NCBI GenBank assembly: GCA_963842395.1 | Contig: CAWJGJ010000001.1 | Span: 1,834,889 to 1,898,888 of the forward strand | Direction: 5' to 3' | From: an uncultured Acidimicrobiales bacterium | GTDB lineage: Bacteria; Actinomycetota; Acidimicrobiia; Acidimicrobiales; VFJN01 | Length of the DNA stretch: 64,000 nt | Part shown: piece after piece, positions 19,219 through 27,336 of the stretch | Layout: each line of letters begins with the position of its first letter | Numbering within the stretch: position 1 is the stretch's first letter | Translations under genes and position numbers: made by a program | Notes under the pieces: model-generated | The model's database searches: none | The model's input: only the letters and a program-made list of their open reading frames with translations | What the model was told of the DNA's origin: nothing

Positions 19219-20343
19219 ATGGATCCGCGCACCGATGCCGAGGTCATCGCGCGCTCGCTCACGTCGCCGGCCGCGTTCGGAGAGCTGTTCGACCGGCACG
19301 CAACGACGATGTTCCGGTACTTCGTGCGCCGGGTCGGCCCCGATGACGCCGACTCCCTGCTGGGGGAGCTCTTTCGCATCGCATTCGAGAAGCGGGCGGG
19401 CTTCGACACCGACCGCGCGGCGGCGCGGCCCTGGCTGTACGGCATCGCGAGCAACCTCCTGGCCCGCCACCGGCAGGGCGAGGCTCGCCGTCTCGACGCG
19501 ACCGCGCGGTTGGTGAACACGTCCGTGGCGGCGTCCGACCACTTCTCCGAGGTCGACGCTCGTCTCGACGCCTCGCGGCTTTGGGCCGACGTCGCCGCTG
19601 CGATCGCCACGCTCCCCCAGGGAGAACGCGACACCCTTCTGCTCTTCGCGTGGGAGGGCATGCCGTACGAGCAGATCGCCAGCGCGCTCGACGTTCCCGT
19701 GGGCACGGTGCGGTCGCGGCTGAACCGGGCGCGTGGCCGGCTCCGCGAACTCGTCGGCGAGAACGAGGAAGAACAGGTGACAGCCACGCTTCGCCCCGAC
19801 CGGGTCCTTCCGGTCGACGAGGGCGACCCCGGACTGTTCAAGCGCGAGAAGGAGCGACTCATGTCCACGATCGGAACGACGACACCCCAAGCTGAAGCGT
19901 GGAGCCGCACGCCGGCGATGTACCCGCGTCTCACCTATGCGGACGAGGTCGCCGCGCTCGAGTACCTCACCCGCGTGTTCCAGTTCACCGAGCGCCGCGA
20001 GGCCCGGATGGGTGGCGGCGATGACGACGAGGGCATGCTCGCCTGGCTCGAGTTCGGCGACGGCGTGGTCATGATCGGTCGTGCGACCGCAGCCGCGCGC
20101 GATGTCCACCACCTCTACAGCCCCGGTGATGTCGGCCACGCGACGGTGATGATCAACGTCGCGGTCAACGACATCGACGCGCACTACGAACACGCCCTCG
20201 GCGAGGGCGCCGCGATCACGATGCCGGTCGAGGACGCCTTCTACGGCTTCCGGCGCTACGAGGCCGACGATCTCGAAGGCCACCACTGGCACTTCCACGA
20301 GTCGCTCGAGTCGATCCGGGCGCGCGAGCAAGGTGCCGGCTGA
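19219..20343 (+). CDS. ECF sigma factor fused in frame to a VOC/glyoxalase-fold domain
   Basis: ATG 19219 after GAGGAA. Sigma-2 region (FGELFDRHATTMFRYFVRR) and sigma-4 region (YEQIASALDVPVGTVRSRLNRARGRL), then a linker, then a VOC-like domain (YPRLTYADEVAALEYLTRVFQF...EGHHWHF). No stop codon separates the parts. Confidence 0.7.
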   Translation: MDPRTDAEVIARSLTSPAAFGELFDRHATTMFRYFVRRVGPDDADSLLGELFRIAFEKRAGFDTDRAAARPWLYGIASNLLARHRQGEARRLDATARLVNTSVAASDHFSEVDARLDASRLWADVAAAIATLPQGERDTLLLFAWEGMPYEQIASALDVPVGTVRSRLNRARGRLRELVGENEEEQVTATLRPDRVLPVDEGDPGLFKREKERLMSTIGTTTPQAEAWSRTPAMYPRLTYADEVAALEYLTRVFQFTERREARMGGGDDDEGMLAWLEFGDGVVMIGRATAAARDVHHLYSPGDVGHATVMINVAVNDIDAHYEHALGEGAAITMPVEDAFYGFRRYEADDLEGHHWHFHESLESIRAREQGAG

Positions 20344-20355
20344 CAGCGGGACTGG

Positions 20356-21597
20356 TCAGCCGAAGCGCGCCGCGGCGAAGGCGGGGCAGCGCAGCGACTC
20401 GTCGACGATGTCGTCGGGCGCGAGCGGTTCGTCCACCTCGGCCGGGGTGGGGCCGTGGCGGTCGGCCAGGCGCTCGAGGTGGGCCCAGTCGAAGCCGTAG
20501 ACGTCCGCTGCGTTGCGGCCGACCAGGAGGCGGACCTCGTCCTGCGGGACGCCCGCGAACGCGAGGCGCAGGTGCTGTCGCGAGAACGGCCAGCACCCCT
20601 CGAGGTGGGGATAGTCGCTCCCCCACATGATCCGGTCGACCCCCACCCGGTCGCGCAGCCCGACCTCGTGGCGGCGGATGAAGCTGGAGCCGACGTGACA
20701 CTGGCGCTGCCAGTACTGCGACGGCGCCAGCGACAGCTGGTCGATGGCGCCCTCGCCGAACCGCGCCTCCTGGGAGTCGCCCGCACCCGACGCGCCGGAC
20801 AGGCGGCCCCGGTAGTAGTCGAGACGGGTGAGCTCCTCGGGGATCCACGCCGTGCCCTGCTCGGTGAACACGAACTGCAAGGTCGGGTGGCGTTCCATCA
20901 CCCCCGAGTAGATGAGGTGCCACAGCGCCCGGTGGGCCCACCACGTCACCTCGAGCAGGAACATCATCTGGGCCGAGGGGTACGGCCCCATGTCAGGCAC
21001 CGCGCTGCCGCTGTGGTGCGTGACCGGCATGCCGAGGTCCTCGCACGCGTCCCAGATGGGCTCGTAGTCGGGGGCGTACAGGGGCGGCACGCCCGACCCC
21101 GGTGGTGCGCCCGGTAGGAGGATCCCGCCGGTGAGCCCGTTGGCCTTGGCCCACGCGATCTCGCGCACCGACGCCTCGACGTCGTGGAGCATGATCTGGG
21201 CGATACCGGCGCGGCGCCCAGGTGCCTGGCTGCAGAAGTCCGCCAGCCAGCGGTTGTGCGCCTGCAGGCCGGCCCAACGCCGCTCGAGGTCGCCGTCCGT
21301 CGCCCCGGGCGGCTGGTGCACCAACGACACCTTGGGGAAGAAGGGCGGGATCGTGTTGGGGAACACGACCTCGGCGACGACGCCGTCCTCCTCCATCTCG
21401 TGCAGGCGGCGGTCCGAGCTCCAGTTGCGGTCGGCGTCGGCGCCCGTCGTGTCGTCGTACGGGTTGTCGAACTCCGCGGCCCAGCGGTCGAACTCCTCGT
21501 GGTACCGCGACGCCAGGTAGGGCTTGTACCCGGCGATGCTCGCCCCGCCGTGGCAATCGGCGGAGATCACGACGTAGCGGTCAGTGGTCGCGCCCAT
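20356..21597 (-). CDS. amidohydrolase-2 (ACMSD/LigW-like) family metallo-enzyme
   Basis: 413 aa. N-terminal VISADCHG metal motif and a C-terminal WGSDYPHLEG motif. Paralogue of 23233-24522. Confidence 0.8.
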   Translation of the reverse strand: MGATTDRYVVISADCHGGASIAGYKPYLASRYHEEFDRWAAEFDNPYDDTTGADADRNWSSDRRLHEMEEDGVVAEVVFPNTIPPFFPKVSLVHQPPGATDGDLERRWAGLQAHNRWLADFCSQAPGRRAGIAQIMLHDVEASVREIAWAKANGLTGGILLPGAPPGSGVPPLYAPDYEPIWDACEDLGMPVTHHSGSAVPDMGPYPSAQMMFLLEVTWWAHRALWHLIYSGVMERHPTLQFVFTEQGTAWIPEELTRLDYYRGRLSGASGAGDSQEARFGEGAIDQLSLAPSQYWQRQCHVGSSFIRRHEVGLRDRVGVDRIMWGSDYPHLEGCWPFSRQHLRLAFAGVPQDEVRLLVGRNAADVYGFDWAHLERLADRHGPTPAEVDEPLAPDDIVDESLRCPAFAAARFG

Positions 21598-21633
21598 GGC
21601 GGGCTCCCTTCGATCGTCCGGTCGTGGTCGTGG

Positions 21634-22398
21634 TCATCGCGGCAGCGGTCCCCCGCGCCGGCCGGGCCATCGGCTGCCGCCGATGACGTCGACGAACGGC
21701 CAGAAGGCGTCGGGGTCGAGCGGCCCGGCGTTCGCCAGCCGGCGCGAGGTGGGTCGCTGGGTGACCAGCAGCGCCGTGCCGGTCTCGCAGACCGGGAGAT
21801 GCCGGGCGATCGGGTCCCACGGGCTGTCGCGCAGCACGAGCTCGCCGTCGACGTCCTCGACGTGGCGCTGCTCGAAGGTCGTGGCCACGTCGACGACGTG
21901 CGGTGGGAAGTCGTACGCGCCCTCGGCGCCGCCGATGGCACGCGAGTACTTGGTCCACCACTCGTGCTCGACGATCTCGCCGTTGCGTGGCCGGGCCTCG
22001 CCGGCCGCGGTGCCGCTGAACTCGACGAACGTGTAGCCCTGGTGGCTGGCACGCGCCGTGACCCGATCGCCGAACCGGAAGTAGGCGATGTCGCACAGGA
22101 ACTTGGGCTGCCCGTTGGTCTCGCCGCTGACGTGGACGGCTGCCTCCTGGTCGATGCCGAGCCCGAGGTTGTACTGGCCGGCAACGCCCTTCCAGGCCGC
22201 CTCGACCTTGACGCTGACGCCGAGCTCGGGCTCGTCGAGCACCGGCACGCAGTAGAAGCCGACGGTGACGACGGGATCGAGTGGTTCGAGCCCGGGCGGC
22301 AGCAGGGCCGCCACCCCGGCCGGGTCGGTGGTGTAGGTGACCACGAGCTTGGGCCAGCCGGCGATCTCGCCCGGTCGGGTCGTCGGCGGTTCAGTCAT
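21634..22398 (-). CDS. acetoacetate decarboxylase (ADC)-family protein
   Basis: 254-aa sub-ORF from ATG 22398, 8 nt after the tetR stop. The overall pattern (YTTDPAGVAALLPPGLEP...) recalls the ADC family. This is a recognition-level call only. Confidence 0.5.
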   Translation of the reverse strand: MTEPPTTRPGEIAGWPKLVVTYTTDPAGVAALLPPGLEPLDPVVTVGFYCVPVLDEPELGVSVKVEAAWKGVAGQYNLGLGIDQEAAVHVSGETNGQPKFLCDIAYFRFGDRVTARASHQGYTFVEFSGTAAGEARPRNGEIVEHEWWTKYSRAIGGAEGAYDFPPHVVDVATTFEQRHVEDVDGELVLRDSPWDPIARHLPVCETGTALLVTQRPTSRRLANAGPLDPDAFWPFVDVIGGSRWPGRRGGPLPR

Positions 22399-22406
22399 CG
22401 GCTCGT

Positions 22407-23138
22407 TCACGTGTCTCCTCGGTCGGTCGGGCCCGACGCGTCCGGCGCCGGCACATGGTGGTCGACGACCGCCCGCAGGGTGGCGGCAGTGAGGGCGTCG
22501 AGGTCGGGATCGGCCCGCAGCGCGGTGCGCGTGGCGGGGGCGACGGGCGCGTCGGAGCCGGCCCACAACGCGCCCGAGCGGTAGGCCTCGGGGAACCGGG
22601 ACGGGTCCCGCAGCGCCAGGACGAGGGCGCCGGTGACGACCACCAGGATCGCCCGCACCGCGTCGGCGCACCCGTCGCCGACCAGGCCGGCGGCTTCGAC
22701 CTCGGCGACGAGCGCGGCTTCCAGGTGGTGCAGCAGCAGAGCATCCATGCCCGCCTGGTGCGCCAGCGACGTGATCGCCCGGTGCTCGATCGCGCCGGCG
22801 TAGATGTGGAGCGCGGCGGACAACACCCGATCACGACCGGTGGTGCCGGCGACCGGGCGCTCGGCGAGGCGCTCGGACTGGGTGCGGACGATGGCGGCCA
22901 CGAGCTCGTCGCGGCTGCCTACGTGCCAGTAGATCGTGGGCGTCCCGACGTCGAGCTCGGTGGCCAACCGCCGCATGGTGAGCGCCGCGGGGCCGTCCCG
23001 CACCACGAGATGGCGCGCGGCGGCGACCACGTCGACACGGTCGAGCCCCGTCCGGCGACCGGGTCCGGCATCGCTCGGGTCCCTGTCGTCAACCTCGACG
23101 GGCGCTGCCGCCGGTGGCTTCGTGGCCGTCTTCCGCAT
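22407..23138 (-). CDS. TetR-family transcriptional regulator
   Basis: ATG 23138. HTH LTMRRLATELDVGTPTIYWHVGSRDEL. First gene of a tetR-ADC-amidohydrolase operon, divergent from the amidohydrolase at 23233. Confidence 0.8.
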   Translation of the reverse strand: MRKTATKPPAAAPVEVDDRDPSDAGPGRRTGLDRVDVVAAARHLVVRDGPAALTMRRLATELDVGTPTIYWHVGSRDELVAAIVRTQSERLAERPVAGTTGRDRVLSAALHIYAGAIEHRAITSLAHQAGMDALLLHHLEAALVAEVEAAGLVGDGCADAVRAILVVVTGALVLALRDPSRFPEAYRSGALWAGSDAPVAPATRTALRADPDLDALTAATLRAVVDHHVPAPDASGPTDRGDT

Positions 23139-23232
23139 CTGGCGGTTGTGCTCCCCCGGGGCGTCTGTAACAGTGTCATAGTTGCATGTGAGCTCCGTCC
23201 CGGCAACGCGCACGGAACGGCGAGGGGGGCCA

Positions 23233-24522
23233 ATGTCCGATCCGGTGGAAGGCATCGACCAGAGCGACGCCCCGTACGTCATCGTCTCGTCCGACACCCA
23301 CGCAGGGCTGTTCGTTGAGGACTACCGCGACTACCTCGAGTCCTCGGTGCACCCCGAGTTCGACGAGTGGTTGGTCACCCGCCACCAGCACCGCACGATG
23401 GTCGAGGAGGTCAACGGCGCCTACGTCGAGCAGTGGGAGCGTGAGAACGAGACCGGGTTGCGCGGCGCCTACGACCCCGCCGTCCGGGACAAGGTGCTCG
23501 ACGCCGACGGCGTCGCCGGCGAGGTGATCTTCCCCGACGGCGACTCGGTCACCGGCATGGAGGCGCCACCGTTCGGCGCCGGCCTGCAGGCCGGCATGAT
23601 CACCGACCCGCGGCTCGCCTGGGCGGGCGCCCGCGCCCACAACCGCTGGCTCGTCGAGTTCTGCGCCACCAACCCGCCGCGCCGCGCCGGCGTGGCGCTC
23701 GTGCCCATCACCCACGGCATCGACGAGGCCGTGCGCGAGATCGGGACGCTCGCCGGGAAGCCCGGGATCAAGGGGATCCTGATCCCCACCATGTGGCACG
23801 ACCAGCCGTCGTACGGGCACCGGTCCTACGACCCGGTCTGGGCCGCCTGCGCGGAGGCCGGGCTCGTGGTGCACACGCACTCCGGCGAGGCCGACATGGC
23901 CTCGTACAACGAGAACATGCCCCAGTTCATGCTCGAGGTCGCGTTCTGGACCCACCGGGCGCTGTGGCAGCTCCTCCTGTCCGGCAAGTTCGACCGCTTC
24001 CCGAACCTCAAGTACGCGCCCGTCGAGTGCGGCTCCTGGTGGGTGGGCGACCTGCTCTTCAAGACGGACGTGATGTTCGGCGGCACGAACTGGAAGGTGA
24101 AGAAGATGGCCTCCCAGACGAGGAACGTGATCGAGCGGCTCCCGTCCGAGTACTTCGGGACCAACGTGTTCGTCGGGGCGTCCGCGATGAGCAAGCCCGA
24201 GATCCGCCGCCGCTACGCCAACGGCATCGACGCGCTCATGTGGGGCACCGACTACCCGCACCCCGAGGGCACGTGGCCGAACACGGTCGTGCGGCTCTCG
24301 ACGGACTTCCGCCAGGTCCCGGTGGAGGAGACGCGCCTCCTGCTCGGCCTCAACGCGGTGCGGTGCTACGACCTCGACCTCGACGCCCTGTCCAAGATCG
24401 CCGCCGAGATCGGGCCGACGCCCACGCAGCTCAACCAGGACCTCCACCGCCGCACGCCGCCCGACGCCGTGCGCGAGGCCCGCTTCTGGTTCGACGACTA
24501 CGGCATCGAGTGGAGAGGCTGA
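23233..24522 (+). CDS. amidohydrolase-2 family metallo-enzyme
   Basis: ATG 23233 after GAGGGGGG. Motifs VSSDTHAG and WGTDYPHPEG. Confidence 0.8.
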   Translation: MSDPVEGIDQSDAPYVIVSSDTHAGLFVEDYRDYLESSVHPEFDEWLVTRHQHRTMVEEVNGAYVEQWERENETGLRGAYDPAVRDKVLDADGVAGEVIFPDGDSVTGMEAPPFGAGLQAGMITDPRLAWAGARAHNRWLVEFCATNPPRRAGVALVPITHGIDEAVREIGTLAGKPGIKGILIPTMWHDQPSYGHRSYDPVWAACAEAGLVVHTHSGEADMASYNENMPQFMLEVAFWTHRALWQLLLSGKFDRFPNLKYAPVECGSWWVGDLLFKTDVMFGGTNWKVKKMASQTRNVIERLPSEYFGTNVFVGASAMSKPEIRRRYANGIDALMWGTDYPHPEGTWPNTVVRLSTDFRQVPVEETRLLLGLNAVRCYDLDLDALSKIAAEIGPTPTQLNQDLHRRTPPDAVREARFWFDDYGIEWRG

Positions 24523-24524
24523 CC

Positions 24525-25457
24525 GTGGCGGAGTCTCGTGGGGGGACGCCGGGCGCGGCGGCGACGGCGGATGCGCCACCGCTGGAGCTGGACGGCGCGG
24601 TCGCCGTGGTCACTGGCGGGGCGGGCGGCATCGGGCGAGGCATCGTCGGCGCACTGCTGCGCCGGGGCACGACCGTGGTGATCGCCGACGTCGAGGCCGG
24701 CGCCGTGACGTCCGCCGTCGACGATCTGCGGCCGCTCGGGAAGGTGACGGGTCGGTGCGTGGACATCACAGACGAGCTCGCAGTCGCCGACCTCGCCGAC
24801 GCCGTCTACGACGCGCACGGCGCGGTCCACCTGCTGTTCAACAACGCCGGCGTCACGTCCGGCGGAGGCGGCAAGCCGTGGCAGCAGGAACCGAACGACT
24901 GGCGCTGGTGCTTCGGCGTCAACGTGTTCGGGACGGCGATCTGCACGTCGACGTTCGTGCCCCGGATGATCGCCGGCGGCGAGCCCGGGCAGATCGTGAA
25001 CACCTCGTCGGGCGACGGCGGGTTCGCGCCGGTGCCCACGGCGTCGGTGTACGCAGCGTCCAAGGCGGCGGTGAGCTGCTTCACCGAGTCGCTCCACCAC
25101 AACCTGGTGTCCGAGGGCACCGCGCTGCGGGCCTCGGTCTTCTATCCCTCGGGCGGCCTGCTGCGCACCGGACTGTTCACGGCCGCCCGCAACCGCCCCG
25201 AGCACCTCGCCCGCCGCGGGCAGGCCACCGGCCGCCGGAGCATGACGTTCGACGAGATGAAGGGGATGCTCGCCGAGGCCGGGCGGGACGTCACCGAGGC
25301 CGACCTCGACGAGCTCGGCGACTTCGTCGTCACCGAGGCGGCGGCCCGGCGTTTCCTCATCGCCCGCGATCTCGACCGCACCGTCGAGCTGCTCCACCGC
25401 CGAGCGGACGCCATCGGTCGGCGCGACGTCCCGCCCCACCACGGCATGCCGCTGTAG
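24525..25457 (+). CDS. SDR-family oxidoreductase
   Basis: GTG 24525, 2 nt after the upstream stop. Motifs VVTGGAGGIGRG, NNAG and YAASKAAV (YxxxK). Confidence 0.8.
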   Translation: MAESRGGTPGAAATADAPPLELDGAVAVVTGGAGGIGRGIVGALLRRGTTVVIADVEAGAVTSAVDDLRPLGKVTGRCVDITDELAVADLADAVYDAHGAVHLLFNNAGVTSGGGGKPWQQEPNDWRWCFGVNVFGTAICTSTFVPRMIAGGEPGQIVNTSSGDGGFAPVPTASVYAASKAAVSCFTESLHHNLVSEGTALRASVFYPSGGLLRTGLFTAARNRPEHLARRGQATGRRSMTFDEMKGMLAEAGRDVTEADLDELGDFVVTEAAARRFLIARDLDRTVELLHRRADAIGRRDVPPHHGMPL

Positions 25458-25517
25458 CCCCTACCACCGGTCGAGTCCAGCGAGGCGACCGTCGTCGAGC
25501 TGAGCGCGGCCGCTGTG

Positions 25518-26456
25518 TCAGCCGTGGGACTCCCGTTCCCCGGACTGCGGCGTGACGGTGGCCAGCCGGGCGGGATCGCCGCGGAGCGAGCCCGGGCCCG
25601 GGAGGCCCATCACCCGACTCGCCACCCGCTGGAAGAGCCGGGCGGGCATGAGGCGACCGCCGACCGCCATCAGGCGCGCATCGGGCCCCACCGAGCGGCG
25701 GGCGAACGGGGCCCGGTCCGTCACGGCACGCGCCAGGGCCGGTGCAAACCGTTCGGGCGAGCGGGCCAGGCGCAGGATCCAGCGGCTGGCGCTGGCGAGC
25801 CCGGCATGGTGCGCCGCATAGGGCCCGTCTGCGTCGGCGTACGTCCGTGTCAGCTCGAGGATGTCGGTCTTGAACGTCCCGGCGACGAGGATCGTGACGC
25901 CGATGCCGAAGGGCGCGACCTCCGGGGACAGCGCCTCGGCCCACCGTTCGAGCGCCCCCTTGGCCGCCGAGTAGGCGCTGATCGTGGGCATGCCCCGGAC
26001 GCCGCCCTGGCTGGAGACGACGACGATCCGCCCGCGGCCGGCGGCGCGCATGGCCGGCAACAGCTCCTGGGTGAGCCGCACGGGACCGAAGAAGTTCGTC
26101 GAGAAGACCTCGGCGTACACGCTGGGCGGCGTCTCCTCGACGCAGCCGACGGCGGCGACGCCCGCATTGTGGACCAGCGCGTCGGGAGCGCCCACGGCCT
26201 CGCCGATCGCCTGGGCGGCGGCCGCGATCGACGCCGGGTCGTCGAGGTCGAGGCGGACGGCGACGAGGCGCGGATCGCCGGCATCGGCGCCGGTCGCGGC
26301 GCGCAGGCGCTCCAACGCGACGTCGGGCGAGCGCACCGCGGCGACGACCGTCCACCCCTGGCGGTGGAGGTGGGCGGCCGAGGCGAGGCCGAGGCCCCGT
26401 GACGCGCCGGTGACCACGACGCTCCCGGGTTCGCCCACCTTCGCTCTCGTAGCCAC
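25518..26456 (-). CDS. SDR-family oxidoreductase
   Basis: GTG 26456 preceded by GGGAGGGG; the tracked ORF start at 26498 is also GTG. Motifs VVTGASRGLG, HNAG and YSAAKGAL. Confidence 0.8.
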   Translation of the reverse strand: MATRAKVGEPGSVVVTGASRGLGLASAAHLHRQGWTVVAAVRSPDVALERLRAATGADAGDPRLVAVRLDLDDPASIAAAAQAIGEAVGAPDALVHNAGVAAVGCVEETPPSVYAEVFSTNFFGPVRLTQELLPAMRAAGRGRIVVVSSQGGVRGMPTISAYSAAKGALERWAEALSPEVAPFGIGVTILVAGTFKTDILELTRTYADADGPYAAHHAGLASASRWILRLARSPERFAPALARAVTDRAPFARRSVGPDARLMAVGGRLMPARLFQRVASRVMGLPGPGSLRGDPARLATVTPQSGERESHG

Positions 26457-26477
26457 GGGCTCGCCCCTCCCATTCGC

Positions 26478-26494
26478 GACCGAATATTTGTTCC
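26478..26494 (-). promoter_or_regulatory. AT-rich recurrent box, copy a (GACCGAATATTTGTTCC)
   Basis: 21 nt upstream of the SDR start at GTG 26456. Confidence 0.45.
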
Positions 26495-26538
26495 GCACGC
26501 TAGTCCCCGTGCCGGCGGCCCCGGCAATCGGCGCGGCC

Positions 26539-27336
26539 TCAGCCGTCCCCCTCGGGCAGGTAGGCGTCGATCATCTCGACCAGGCCCGCGGTCACCACGG
26601 GATCGTCGGTGAGCGGACCGGCGACCGCGGCCCGTGCGGCTTCCCGCGGAGGCAGGCCCTCGGCGACGAGGCGCCCCGCGGCGATCAGCACGCGGGTCGA
26701 CGCCACCTCCCGGAGCCCTGCGGTCTCCAGGCGGCGGATCGCCTGGCCGAGCAGCACAAGCTGCGCCGCCCTCTCGGGCTCGACGCCGGCCTCGTGCGAG
26801 ACGATCTTCTCCTCGACGTCGGGCGGCGGGAAGCCCAGCTCGATCGCGATCATGCGCTGGCGCGTCGAGTCCTTGAGGTCCTTGAGGACGCTCTGGTACC
26901 CGGGGTTGTAGGACACCACCAGGCAGAAGCCCGGAGCGGCGTCAAGGACCACGCCGAGGCGATCGATCGGCAGCTGGCGCCGGTGGTCGGCGAGCGGGTG
27001 GATCACCACGGTCGTGTCCTGCCGGGCCTCGACGACCTCGTCGAGGTAGCAGATAGCGCCCTCCCGCACGGCCCGGGTCAGCGGCCCGTCGACCCAGCGC
27101 GTCTCGCCGCCCTGGAGGAGGAAGCGCCCGACGAGGTCGGCGGTGGTGAGGTCGTCGTGGCACGACACCGTGACGAGCGGCCGATCGAGGTCGTGGGCCA
27201 TTGCCTCGACGAACCGGGTCTTCCCGCACCCGGTCGGCCCCTTCAGCATGACCGACAGCCCCTGCCGGAACGCCGCGGTGAACACCTGCTCCTCGCTGCC
27301 GACGGGCACATAGTAGGGCCGCGGCCCGGTGGTCAT
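26539..27336 (-). CDS. CbbQ/NirQ/NorQ/GvpN-family AAA+ (MoxR-class) ATPase
   Basis: 265-aa sub-ORF from ATG 27336. PYYVPVGSEE...LKGPTGCGKT (Walker A), ICYLDEV (Walker B) and CHDDLTTADLVGR are typical of the CbbQ/NorQ subfamily. An ATGA overlap links it to the upstream VWA gene. Confidence 0.8.
   Translation of the reverse strand: MTTGPRPYYVPVGSEEQVFTAAFRQGLSVMLKGPTGCGKTRFVEAMAHDLDRPLVTVSCHDDLTTADLVGRFLLQGGETRWVDGPLTRAVREGAICYLDEVVEARQDTTVVIHPLADHRRQLPIDRLGVVLDAAPGFCLVVSYNPGYQSVLKDLKDSTRQRMIAIELGFPPPDVEEKIVSHEAGVEPERAAQLVLLGQAIRRLETAGLREVASTRVLIAAGRLVAEGLPPREAARAAVAGPLTDDPVVTAGLVEMIDAYLPEGDG

Noticed and set aside
23139-23232. AT-rich patch CTGTAACAGTGTCATAGTTGCATGTGA between tetR (23138) and the amidohydrolase (23233) as another copy of the recurrent box
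   Set aside because: It is probably this TetR's own operator or promoter (imperfect dyad TGTAAC/GTTGCA). It does not align with the ACCTAACATTTGTTC consensus beyond its terminal AAC/GTT bases.
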